Source: an uncultured Bdellovibrionales bacterium (GTDB lineage Bacteria; Bdellovibrionota; Bdellovibrionia; Bdellovibrionales; JAMPXM01). Taken from it: a stretch of DNA of 64,000 nucleotides. The stretch lies in contig CALBDW010000166.1 of NCBI GenBank assembly GCA_937927435.1, positions 416 to 64,415 on the forward strand. Reading direction: 5' to 3'. This document shows, one piece after another, positions 9,870-18,563 of this stretch (position 1 is the first letter of the stretch; each line of letters starts with the position of its first letter). The position numbers and the translations under genes were made by a program. The notes below the pieces were generated by a model, which saw only the letters and a list, made by a program, of their open reading frames with translations, had not been told where the DNA came from and searched no databases.

Positions 9870-10691
9870 TTATTGCGGTTTGATGAACTTCAAAGTCATG
9901 CGATCGCTTTCGCCGATGGCGAGGTATTTTTCCTTATCTTTCTCGCCCAATCTAAGAGTCGGCGGCAGCGTCCAAACGCCTTCCGGATGATTTTTGGTGT
10001 CCTTCGGGTTGGCGTTAACTTCGGATTTCGCCACGAGTTTAAAGCCGGCCTTTTGCGCCATTTGAATCACTTCCGCCTCATGCACATAACCCGACTTGGC
10101 TTTCGGATCGCGCCGCGATTTTGGATTGGCGCGATGTTCGACGACGCCGAGAATTCCGCCCGGCTTAAGAGCTTTGTAGAAGGCGTTAAAGGCTTCTTGC
10201 GCGTTTCCGCGTGCCATCCAGTTGTGAACATTCCGGAACGTGAGGACCATATCCACCGTTCCTTCGGGGGCGATGTCTTCGGGCGGATTGAAGGTCGTTG
10301 TGTGGATTTTGCCCGTCAGCTCGGGATGGCTGTCGATCCATTTTTGAACTTTCTCGTTGAGGCGGGCCATGTACTCGCTATTTGAGGGCGGAAGTGCGGC
10401 GATGTACTTTCCTTTCGAAGCGACGAGCGGAGCCAGAATCTCCATATACCAACCGGCGCCCGGCGTGATTTCGACGACGGTCATTTCGGGTGTGAGCCCG
10501 AAAAATTGGAGAGTTTCGACCGGATGCCGGTAGACGTCGCGTGCGCGGTTCTCATCGCGCCGGTAAGGGCTTGCGACGGCCTCTTCGATCGTTGTCGGCA
10601 GAGGTTTATGGCTGACTTGCGACTGTTTCTGCGGCGACTGGCACGCGCCGAGGACAAATAGAAAGGCGAAAAGTAGAATCCGTTCTTTCAT
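9870..10691 (-). CDS. Exported (lipobox) class I SAM-dependent methyltransferase-fold protein
   Basis: Signal peptide MKERILLFAFLFVLGAC (lipobox LGAC). Rossmann motif I-like VVEITPGAGWYMEILAP and post-I/II pattern LKPGGILGVVEH. Confidence 0.8.
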   Translation of the reverse strand: MKERILLFAFLFVLGACQSPQKQSQVSHKPLPTTIEEAVASPYRRDENRARDVYRHPVETLQFFGLTPEMTVVEITPGAGWYMEILAPLVASKGKYIAALPPSNSEYMARLNEKVQKWIDSHPELTGKIHTTTFNPPEDIAPEGTVDMVLTFRNVHNWMARGNAQEAFNAFYKALKPGGILGVVEHRANPKSRRDPKAKSGYVHEAEVIQMAQKAGFKLVAKSEVNANPKDTKNHPEGVWTLPPTLRLGEKDKEKYLAIGESDRMTLKFIKPQ

Positions 10692-10771
10692 TTGTTTCTC
10701 CTTCTCCTATCTGGATAAGGGAAGCATTGAGAGGGTCGCGTTGCAAACCGCGACGTGCCGAGAACAAGTCG

Positions 10772-11602
10772 TTAGTACAGTTGGTCGAAGAGAATCCCGC
10801 ATCCCATCAGAAGAACGAGCCAACCGAAAGCCTTCTTTAGGTTCGTGTCGGAAATCCGGCGGGAAATCGCCGTGCCGAGCAAAATACCGACGATGGCGAC
10901 GGCCGCGATGGAGATAAGGAAAGGCCAATCGATTAAATCATGGTTGTCGAGATCTCCCGTAAACCCGAAGAGAGTATTGATCGCGATAATGAGAAGTGAA
11001 GTGCCCACGGCCGTTTTCATGTCGAGGCCGGCGAGAAAGACCAAAGCGGGTACAATTAAGAATCCTCCTCCGGCTCCGACTAAGCCAGCGATCAGTCCGA
11101 TGCCGAACCCTTGAAGGGCTGCTGAGAAGCTTTGCAATGAAGATGAGCGTTTCGGCGCGGCTGCGGAGCTTCTGCCCCTGATCATTGAAAGAGCCGAAAT
11201 AAGCATAAGAAGTGAGAACAGCGTCATGAGAAACGTGTCTTTTGTCACGACCGTTTCACCGATATTGAAAAGCTGTCCCGGAATTGAGGGGTGCAGAACC
11301 GAGCGGCTGAGATAAACGCCCGCGAAGCCCGGCAGGGCCAAGTTAAGAGCTGTTTTGAATTGAACTTCGCCTTTGCGGATGTACGAAAAGCTTCCTGCGA
11401 GTGCCGTCGAGCCGACGATAAAGAGTGAGTATCCTGTGGCGACGCTGGGAGAGATGCCGAAAAGGTAAACCAGAATCGGTACGGTTAAAATGGAGCCGCC
11501 GCTTCCGATCATGCCGAGGGTGGCTCCCATAAAAACGGCGGCGATGTATCCCAGTACTTCCACTTTATTCCTTTCATTCCTTGAAGGGCAGATGTCTTTC
11601 AA
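10772..11602 (-). CDS. TauE/SafE (TSUP) family sulfite/organosulfur exporter
   Basis: 8-TM protein with internal duplication. GSGGSILTVPILVY and GAGGGFLIVPALVF motifs. The true start may be GTG 11560, because the ORF overlaps the upstream gene. Confidence 0.85.
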   Translation of the reverse strand: MKDICPSRNERNKVEVLGYIAAVFMGATLGMIGSGGSILTVPILVYLFGISPSVATGYSLFIVGSTALAGSFSYIRKGEVQFKTALNLALPGFAGVYLSRSVLHPSIPGQLFNIGETVVTKDTFLMTLFSLLMLISALSMIRGRSSAAAPKRSSSLQSFSAALQGFGIGLIAGLVGAGGGFLIVPALVFLAGLDMKTAVGTSLLIIAINTLFGFTGDLDNHDLIDWPFLISIAAVAIVGILLGTAISRRISDTNLKKAFGWLVLLMGCGILFDQLY

Positions 11603-11999
11603 CGCGCGTGTAAACGAACATTCCGAGGATCATAGCTGCCACGAACGCGAGAGGGCCCGTTTGGCCGGAGGCGACGGCTGTCACGGCCGGCCCGGGACAA
11701 TAACCGCCTAAGCCCCATCCGATACCGAAGAGAGCTGCTCCGATGATGAGTTTCGGTGTGATGTCTTTACGGGTCGGTAGGTGCCACTGACGGTCGAGAA
11801 GAGGAGAAGGGCGCTTTCTCACCATCAAGTAAGACAATCCATGAACAATGACCGCTCCTGCCATGACAAAGAGAAGAGAGAGATTCCAGTTTGCGAGGTC
11901 GAGAAAGCCAATCACGTTCTGGGGCTTCGTCATTCCGGCGAGGCCGAGACCAAGCGCGAATACGAGTCCGGAGAGGAAGGCGATTGTCTCTTTATTCAT
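11574..11999 (-). CDS. YeeE/YedE-family sulfur-compound transporter, half-size subunit
   Basis: 4-TM protein with a GGYCPG motif. ATGA overlap with the upstream paralogue (11996-11999). Confidence 0.8.
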   Translation of the reverse strand: MNKETIAFLSGLVFALGLGLAGMTKPQNVIGFLDLANWNLSLLFVMAGAVIVHGLSYLMVRKRPSPLLDRQWHLPTRKDITPKLIIGAALFGIGWGLGGYCPGPAVTAVASGQTGPLAFVAAMILGMFVYTRVERHLPFKE

Positions 12000-12424
12000 G
12001 TCGGGCCTCCTTGGAGAAGACGGAATGCGGCGACCGAGAGAACGCCGAAAACGATGAAGACCACGGTGGCGACAATGGAACGAGCCGAGAGCCGACTGAT
12101 GCCGCAGATGCCGTGGCCACTTGTGCAGCCGTTTCCCATAACGGTTCCGAATCCGACTAGGAATCCCGCAGCAATGAGTGCGGCGACTCCGCGCCCTGAC
12201 GTGTTCTCAAAGGTGGAGGGCCCGAAAAAACGCAGCGAAACGCCGCCCAGGATCAGGCCAGCCAGAAAAGCTTCGCGCCAGCGGCCATCGGTTTTCCGGG
12301 CGAAGAAAGTTTCGCTGAGAATGCCGCTGATGCCTGTCACACGTCCGTTGAACACCAACATCAATGTCACGGCGAGCCCGATCAGAATTCCGCCGATAAG
12401 AGGAAAAAGGACAAGTTCGTTCAT
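11996..12424 (-). CDS. YeeE/YedE-family sulfur-compound transporter, half-size subunit
   Basis: 4-TM protein with a GNGCTSGHGICG motif typical of YeeE/YedE. ATG 12424 overlaps the stop of the dioxygenase gene (ATGA at 12421-12424). Confidence 0.8.
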   Translation of the reverse strand: MNELVLFPLIGGILIGLAVTLMLVFNGRVTGISGILSETFFARKTDGRWREAFLAGLILGGVSLRFFGPSTFENTSGRGVAALIAAGFLVGFGTVMGNGCTSGHGICGISRLSARSIVATVVFIVFGVLSVAAFRLLQGGPT

Positions 12425-13146
12425 GTCGCCAACCTTTTTGTATCTCCACAACGCATGTTTGCCGGAACCGCTTCGGCGATTCTATTCGGAAGCGAAAGAT
12501 TGAGGTGTTTCATGATCTCAACGAACTCGGTTTTGCTTCGGTTTCCGCCGATCCGCGGGTTGTGACGTTTTTCCATCCCGATGGTTGACGATGTCTGGCC
12601 TTTGTAGTCGTGGCCCGGATAAACGATGGTTTCGTCGGGAAGCGCAAAGAGTTTCTTGGTGATGCTTTCATAGAGCTTTTCCGGAGATCCTTGTTGGAAG
12701 TCCGTTCGTCCGGTTCCGCGGATGAGAAGAGCATCTCCAGTAAAGACCATACCGGAGATGTAGAAGCTCATGCAGCCGTCCGTGTGGCCCGGTGTTGCAA
12801 GGGCGCGGACTGTTTGGTTTCCGAATTTCAGTTCTTGTCCGTCTTCGAGATGAATATCCGCACATTCGACTTTGGCCTGTCGGCTGACGGCGACCTTTGC
12901 TCCGGTCCGGCGGCGGAGTTCCCCTGCGCCTGTGACGTGATCGGCGTGGACGTGCGATTCGAGAAGGTAAATCAGTGTGAGATCCAGTTCCTGTAAGAGT
13001 GTCAAGTCGCGATCGACGTTCGCGATGACGGGGTCAATGAGCACGGCCTCTCGGGATTCACGGTCACCGAGGAGATAGGTATAGGTTGAGGTTTCGGGGT
13101 CGAACAGTTGGTGGAAGATCAGGCTCATAATTTCCTCCCAAAACAT
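12421..13146 (-). CDS. blh: MBL-fold persulfide dioxygenase (ETHE1/Blh-like)
   Basis: HVHADHVTG metal motif, ATPGHTDGCMSF, TGDALLIRGTGRTDFQQG and YPGHDY, as in ETHE1-type sulfur dioxygenases. Confidence 0.85.
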   Translation of the reverse strand: MFWEEIMSLIFHQLFDPETSTYTYLLGDRESREAVLIDPVIANVDRDLTLLQELDLTLIYLLESHVHADHVTGAGELRRRTGAKVAVSRQAKVECADIHLEDGQELKFGNQTVRALATPGHTDGCMSFYISGMVFTGDALLIRGTGRTDFQQGSPEKLYESITKKLFALPDETIVYPGHDYKGQTSSTIGMEKRHNPRIGGNRSKTEFVEIMKHLNLSLPNRIAEAVPANMRCGDTKRLAT

Positions 13147-13182
13147 ATTAGACTAAACTAATATTAGCAGTATATAATATTA
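13147..13182. promoter_or_regulatory. 36-bp AT-rich divergent control region with two TAATATTA palindromes (candidate BigR-type operator; TATAAT-like box abuts the regulator ATG)
   Basis: TAATATTA at 13159-13166 (within CTAATATTAG) and 13175-13182, with centres 16 bp apart. TATATAAT at 13171-13178 ends 5 nt before ATG 13183. No room for an SD-containing leader on either side. Confidence 0.5.
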
Positions 13183-13521
13183 ATGTCAACTAATAAGTCA
13201 GGAGGGGTGGTGGCTCACTTGGAAACGGAAAGCCTGGCGAAACAATGCGAAGAGGTCAGCGAGCTCCTTAAATCCATGGCGCATCCCACGCGTCTACTTA
13301 TCTTGTGCAGCTTGGCTGAAAAGGAAAAGTCTGTGGGCGAGCTCGTCGACGAAGTCGGGATTTCACAGTCGCTCATGTCGCAGTTTTTGGGTCGAATGAA
13401 GGACGAGGGCCTTTTAGTTTCGGAGCGAAATGGCCGCCTGATGGTTTACTCGATAAAGGATCCACGGGTGTTCAGGGTTCTCAAAAGTTTAAGGGATATC
13501 TTTTGCCGTCGGACGAAGTGA
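13183..13521 (+). CDS. ArsR/SmtB-family regulator, BigR/SqrR-like persulfide sensor
   Basis: wHTH AHPTRLLILCSL..KSVGELVDEVGISQSLMSQFLGRMKDEGLL. Cysteines at residues 42 and 108 sit where I recall the BigR/SqrR redox pair. Divergent from blh. Confidence 0.85.
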   Translation: MSTNKSGGVVAHLETESLAKQCEEVSELLKSMAHPTRLLILCSLAEKEKSVGELVDEVGISQSLMSQFLGRMKDEGLLVSERNGRLMVYSIKDPRVFRVLKSLRDIFCRRTK

Positions 13522-13577
13522 TTCTTCTATGGATCGAATTCCGTTCATAAATTAGAATGGACGGGCTCGGAGTGACG

Positions 13578-15014
13578 ATGAAGAAAAAGACGGCGTGGTT
13601 ATCCAAACTGGTTGTTTTGTCTCTGAGTTGCGTTTGTGGCGCGCGGCTCGCCTTTGGGGCAGTCCCGATGAATCTCGAAAAGCTTCTCGAGATCGCGCGA
13701 AAGGAAGCGGAGACGGTGCGAGCGGCGGATCTGACGCTCGAGTCGATTCGAGCCGAAATCGCCGGCCGGGATATCGCGTTGTCGCCGAAATTCGAGGCGG
13801 AACTCGCCGGTGGCCACGATAATCGTGATGCGACGGTTTCCACGAGCCAGCGCGTTCCGATGAGGCTTCTTGATGTTTCGTTGACGAAGCTGTTTTCCAC
13901 GGGCACTTCGCTCTCTTTTTCTGTCGGACATATGGATACCCGAATCAATTCCGCTGATCGCAGTATCAGCTCGTGGGAAGTCAGGCTCTCGCAGTCGCTA
14001 TGGCGGGATGCGTTCGGACGTTCGACTAGATTGAGACATGAAGCCGAACAGGCCGAACTTCGCAGCCGGACGTTTTCGACTCTTCAACAAAGGCAGAGTT
14101 TTCTACTCGAACTGGAACGACTGTACTGGGATTACGTTCTTGCTCTCAAAGAAGAACAAACGCGGCTCTCGAACTTGGAGAAGAGCAAGCGCGTCGAGAG
14201 CTGGACGAGAGACCGGGTTCGGAGGAGAGTGGCTTTGGAATCCGATCTCTTGCAAGTGCAGGCGCTCGTAAGTTCCCGGGAACTCGAGCTCAAGGAAGTT
14301 CGGAACCGGTTGGAAACTCTTCGCAATAATATTCGGCAGTTGCTTCCGGGGCAGAATCCGGAAGAATGGGCTGTTGATCTTAAGGAGCTCGATAGGGCCC
14401 GGAACTTGGAGAGCTTATTGGCTGTGTCGGAAGGGAAGGAAAAGCCTGTTCAGCTGGCGGCATTGGCGGCCACGTATCTTTCCAAACAAGCGAAGTCGGA
14501 AGCGGCGAGGGTTGAGGACTCGTATCGCCCCAAACTCGACGCGTATGTGTCCTACGGACAAAACGGTGCAGATGAGAACTACTCCGGCTCGTGGAACCGA
14601 GCCTTAGACCCTCAATTTTCGGCGACGCGGGTTGGGGTGATTTTTTCGGTCGATCTCGATGCGGGTTTAAAGTCCGAACAAAGGCGCGCCGCGGAGTTGA
14701 GGGCGCAGGCGCGCGAACTGGAGAGTCGTGCGCAAATGAGGGCGTCGTCGTTCGGCTGGGACGACCTCATCCGGCAAGTCGATTCGTTGAAGATGCAAGT
14801 GGCCGAGGCTACGCGTCTGGCGGCGATTCAGGAGAAAAAGGTTGAGGCTGAGCGCTCGAATTACCGGCTCGGACGCACGACGGTCTTTCAGCTGATCAAT
14901 TTTGAAATTGATGCGGCAAACGCGGAACTCGGACTGGTTCGTAAGTTAGCGGAACTGCGCAAAGCCGAGGGCTTCGCGCGTGTTTTCACTCGTCAACAGG
15001 CCGGTGACAGATGA
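13578..15014 (+). CDS. TolC-family outer-membrane efflux protein
   Basis: Signal peptide and two OEP repeats. ATG 13578 follows GGAG. The stop overlaps the RND start (ATGA 15011-15014). Confidence 0.8.
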   Translation: MKKKTAWLSKLVVLSLSCVCGARLAFGAVPMNLEKLLEIARKEAETVRAADLTLESIRAEIAGRDIALSPKFEAELAGGHDNRDATVSTSQRVPMRLLDVSLTKLFSTGTSLSFSVGHMDTRINSADRSISSWEVRLSQSLWRDAFGRSTRLRHEAEQAELRSRTFSTLQQRQSFLLELERLYWDYVLALKEEQTRLSNLEKSKRVESWTRDRVRRRVALESDLLQVQALVSSRELELKEVRNRLETLRNNIRQLLPGQNPEEWAVDLKELDRARNLESLLAVSEGKEKPVQLAALAATYLSKQAKSEAARVEDSYRPKLDAYVSYGQNGADENYSGSWNRALDPQFSATRVGVIFSVDLDAGLKSEQRRAAELRAQARELESRAQMRASSFGWDDLIRQVDSLKMQVAEATRLAAIQEKKVEAERSNYRLGRTTVFQLINFEIDAANAELGLVRKLAELRKAEGFARVFTRQQAGDR

Positions 15015-18000
15015 ATCTGATCGCGATTTCGATTAAACGACCTGTTTTTGCCTGGATCTTGATGTCCGCGCTAATCATTTTCGGCGCGATTGCGTTTAAC
15101 AGGCTTGGCGTGAGCCAGATGCCTGACATCGATTTCCCCGTTATCAATGTTTCGGTGACTTATCCCGGCGCCGCGCCGGAAGTCGTCGAATCGGAATTGA
15201 TCGATCCGATCGAACAGCGCCTGCTTGCGATCGAAGGCATTAAGGAAATGCGTTCGGTCGTGAGGCAAGGATCGGGTTACGTGCGGCTCGACTTCGACAT
15301 TGACCGCGACGTTGACGTCACTCTCCAAGAGGTTCAGACGGCGCTCAGTTCTCTCCGCATGCCGCTCAACGTGGATCCGCCAGTGATCCGCAAGCAGAAC
15401 CCAGAAGAATCGCCGATCATGTTTGTTGGCGTCGCGTCCGACCGGCCGCTTCGCGAGATGTTGAACTGGGCTGATAACTTCCTTCTGGATCAGTTCCGTT
15501 TTCTCCCAGGCATCGGTGAAGTTTCTCTGGGCAGTTTCAGCCAACGGAACCTCCGCATTTGGCCGGACCCGGAAAAATTGCGCCGGGCCGATATGACGGT
15601 CTCGGATATTTGGGATGCGCTTCAGTCGCAGCACTTGGAAGCGTCGGCCGGTCAGTTCTCGAACACACAGGAGGAGTTTCGCGTCCGCTGGATGGGGGAA
15701 GCGGCGACGGCGGAAGAGGTGGGAAATATCCGTATCCTTCGTCGCGGCGGCCGGGTCATCGAGGACACGGTTTATCGCATTAAGGACGTGGCCCGAGTGG
15801 AAGACGGTCTGAGCGACATCCGCAGCATCGCGAGGATCAAGGGCAAGAACGCGATCTCACTTATGATCCGCAAGCAAAGGGGCGGCAACGAAGTCGAGCT
15901 CGCGAAACGAGTCCGCGAAAAGGTCGAGGAATTAAAGAGGATCATTCCTGAAGATTACGAGTTGCAGATCAACGTCGACTTCACTGGGCCGACGGAGGCC
16001 GTCGTCAAAACGACGGAGGAGAAGCTTGTCATAGCGGGCGTCGTCACAATTCTTGTCTGCTTCCTCTTCCTGGGAAGCTTGAGTGCGGCGACGAATATTC
16101 TCTTTTCGATACCGACCTCGATCGTCGGAACGTTTTTGATCCTTTACTTCTCCGGATTCACGTTGAACCTCTTTACGCTTCTGGCGTTGACGCTCGCGAT
16201 CTCGATCGTCGTCGACGACGCCATCATGCTGCTTGAGAATATCGTCCGGCATTACCACATGGGCAAATCACCGGCGCAGGCGGCGTATGACGGCTCGATG
16301 GAGATTTTGCCGGCCGCAACTGCCGCGACCCTCGCCGTTGTGGCGGTCTTCCTTCCGGTTGTTTTCATGGAAGGCGTGACCGGGAAGTTCTTCTTCCAGT
16401 TCGGCGTTACGATGTCGGCTGCCGTGCTGCTGTCACTTTTGGAAGCCGTCACGATCACGCCGATGCGGGCGGCGGCGTTCCTTTCGCTGTCGCCGAAACC
16501 ATCACGATTTGAAACTTTTTTGGATAATCTGTTCCACAAGCTTGGGAACTTTTATCGCGAGCTTCTTTCTTTCACGCTCAAGTGGTCGAAGACGGTCGTC
16601 GTCGCGTCGTTCGCTCTCTTCCTGCTTTCGCTTTTTCTCGTGAAAGGGCTGCGTCAAGAATTCGTGCCGCAACAGGACCAGAACTTCATCGCTTTGAACG
16701 CGCAATTGCCGCCTGGAACGGCACTTGAAAAAACGTACGAAGTCGCCCTGCAAATCGAAGAAGTTGTGCGTGCGAACCCCAATGTCGCCAGCTTCTTTAC
16801 AAACGTCGGCGGCGGCTTGGGCGCTTCGTCCGTCAACCAGATTTCAGTGCCGATCACTTTGATTCCGCGTGAGCAAAGGAAGGTGACTCACGTTGAGGTG
16901 ATGGGCCAACTGCGCAAAGAGCTCTCGAAGATCAAAGGTGTCCGTTTTTCAATGCGTGACAACTCTGCTCGCGGTTTGACCTCGGGGCGGCCCAACCCGA
17001 TCGCGTTCAATATCCGCGGTCCTGATCTTGAAGTCCTGCAAGCAAAGGCCGAAGAAATCATGGACCGGCTTGATAAAGAGGGCCTGACCCAGGATCTGGA
17101 CACTGATTTCAAGCTTGGGCTTCCGGAGTTGATCATTCGCCCGAACCGTCAGCGCATGGCGGAACGGGGCGTGAGCATTCAGGCCGTCGCGAACACTTTG
17201 AATGCCGCGGTGGCCGGTATTCGCGTGAACCAAATCACCGATGGTGGACGCCGTTACGATATTCGGGTGAAATTGCCGGACGGCAACGTTCGCACCATCG
17301 AGGACATTAAGAAGATCGACGTCTGGAACAATTTCGGGGTCCGTGTCCCGCTGTCGGAGCTTGTCGACTTCGAGGAGCATCGGACGTTCCAATCGATCAC
17401 TCGTGTGAACAGACAGCGCGCGATCGCGATTTACGGGAATATGGCGCCCGGCAAAGGCCAAGGGCAGGTTCTCACCCGGGCTGAGCAGATCGCTCGTCAG
17501 GTTTTGCCCGAGGGCTACGATTTCTCCCTGGAAGGAGCGTCCGCTGGATTGGCCGAAAGTTTCGCAAGTCTGACCGGCGCTTTGATCCTCGGGATTGTCG
17601 TCGCTTATATGATTCTGGCGACGCAGTTTAACTCATTCGTCCACCCGGTTTCGATTCTCGCGGCCTTGCCGTTCAGCTTGACTGGCGCACTTTTGGTCCT
17701 TTGGATGTTCAACGTCTCGTTGAACCTCTTTAGCTTTATCGGTCTCATCGTGCTGATGGGGATTGCGAAGAAGAACTCGATCCTTCTCGTTGAGTTCACG
17801 AACCAAGTCCGCGAGGCCGGTGAAAAAGATCTTAATAAGGCGCTGTTGCGCGCGTGCCCGGTCCGGCTGCGTCCTATCCTTATGACTTCTGTTGCAACGG
17901 TGGTCGCCGCGATTCCGCTCGTTTTCGGCAACAGCATCGGACAGGAAACCCGCACGCCTATGGGACTGACCATTGTGGGCGGAACGATCGTGTCGACGAT

Positions 18001-18172
18001 CTTCACGCTTTTTGTGGTTCCGAGTCTTTACAAGATGCTTTCGATCTTCGAGTCGAAGAAGCGAAACCACATCGAACTCGATACAACCGGATCGAAAGGG
18101 CCTGCGATCGAGGGACACGAAACGGAATTGGACGCGCGGATCTCGAAACTCGGCCGGCCTTCTCAGGCCTGA
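15011..18172 (+). CDS. RND efflux pump inner-membrane permease (AcrB/HAE-type)
   Basis: 1053 aa with 12-TM/2 large periplasmic loop architecture. Typical N-terminus MNLIAISIKRPVFAWILM..FNRLGVSQMPDIDFPVI and TM4 motif AISIVVDDAIMLLENI. Confidence 0.92.
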   Translation: MNLIAISIKRPVFAWILMSALIIFGAIAFNRLGVSQMPDIDFPVINVSVTYPGAAPEVVESELIDPIEQRLLAIEGIKEMRSVVRQGSGYVRLDFDIDRDVDVTLQEVQTALSSLRMPLNVDPPVIRKQNPEESPIMFVGVASDRPLREMLNWADNFLLDQFRFLPGIGEVSLGSFSQRNLRIWPDPEKLRRADMTVSDIWDALQSQHLEASAGQFSNTQEEFRVRWMGEAATAEEVGNIRILRRGGRVIEDTVYRIKDVARVEDGLSDIRSIARIKGKNAISLMIRKQRGGNEVELAKRVREKVEELKRIIPEDYELQINVDFTGPTEAVVKTTEEKLVIAGVVTILVCFLFLGSLSAATNILFSIPTSIVGTFLILYFSGFTLNLFTLLALTLAISIVVDDAIMLLENIVRHYHMGKSPAQAAYDGSMEILPAATAATLAVVAVFLPVVFMEGVTGKFFFQFGVTMSAAVLLSLLEAVTITPMRAAAFLSLSPKPSRFETFLDNLFHKLGNFYRELLSFTLKWSKTVVVASFALFLLSLFLVKGLRQEFVPQQDQNFIALNAQLPPGTALEKTYEVALQIEEVVRANPNVASFFTNVGGGLGASSVNQISVPITLIPREQRKVTHVEVMGQLRKELSKIKGVRFSMRDNSARGLTSGRPNPIAFNIRGPDLEVLQAKAEEIMDRLDKEGLTQDLDTDFKLGLPELIIRPNRQRMAERGVSIQAVANTLNAAVAGIRVNQITDGGRRYDIRVKLPDGNVRTIEDIKKIDVWNNFGVRVPLSELVDFEEHRTFQSITRVNRQRAIAIYGNMAPGKGQGQVLTRAEQIARQVLPEGYDFSLEGASAGLAESFASLTGALILGIVVAYMILATQFNSFVHPVSILAALPFSLTGALLVLWMFNVSLNLFSFIGLIVLMGIAKKNSILLVEFTNQVREAGEKDLNKALLRACPVRLRPILMTSVATVVAAIPLVFGNSIGQETRTPMGLTIVGGTIVSTIFTLFVVPSLYKMLSIFESKKRNHIELDTTGSKGPAIEGHETELDARISKLGRPSQA

Positions 18173-18191
18173 TAAAGAGGCCTGCCTACGG

Positions 18192-18551
18192 TCAGGCCTT
18201 TTTGACGAACTCCGATTTGAGATTCATGGCCCCGATGCCGTCGATTTTACAGGAAATGTTGTGGCCGTCGTCGCCGTCGACGAGGCGGATGTTCTTCACC
18301 TTCGTTCCGCCTTTTACGACAAGTGATGAGCCTTTAACTTTGAGATCCTTGACCACGATGACCGTGTCGCCGTCATTGAGGATGTTGCCGTGGGCATCGC
18401 GGACCACATTCTCTTCAGCGGCCGAAGCTTCCGGGCCGGCTTCAGCTTCAAACTGGCTCCATTCATGCGCGCACTCAGGGCAAATCCAGAGGTTTCCGTC
18501 CGGATAAACGTATGCGGAATCGCACTTCGGGCAATTGGGGTTCTCTTGCAT
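18192..18551 (-). CDS. yjdM: YjdM/PhnA-family zinc-ribbon protein
   Basis: CPKC..(17)..CPEC N-terminal zinc ribbon. C-terminal [42 protein letters not shown] is the PhnA signature. Confidence 0.85.
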   Translation of the reverse strand: MQENPNCPKCDSAYVYPDGNLWICPECAHEWSQFEAEAGPEASAAEENVVRDAHGNILNDGDTVIVVKDLKVKGSSLVVKGGTKVKNIRLVDGDDGHNISCKIDGIGAMNLKSEFVKKA

Positions 18552-18563
18552 CGGTTTCCTTTC

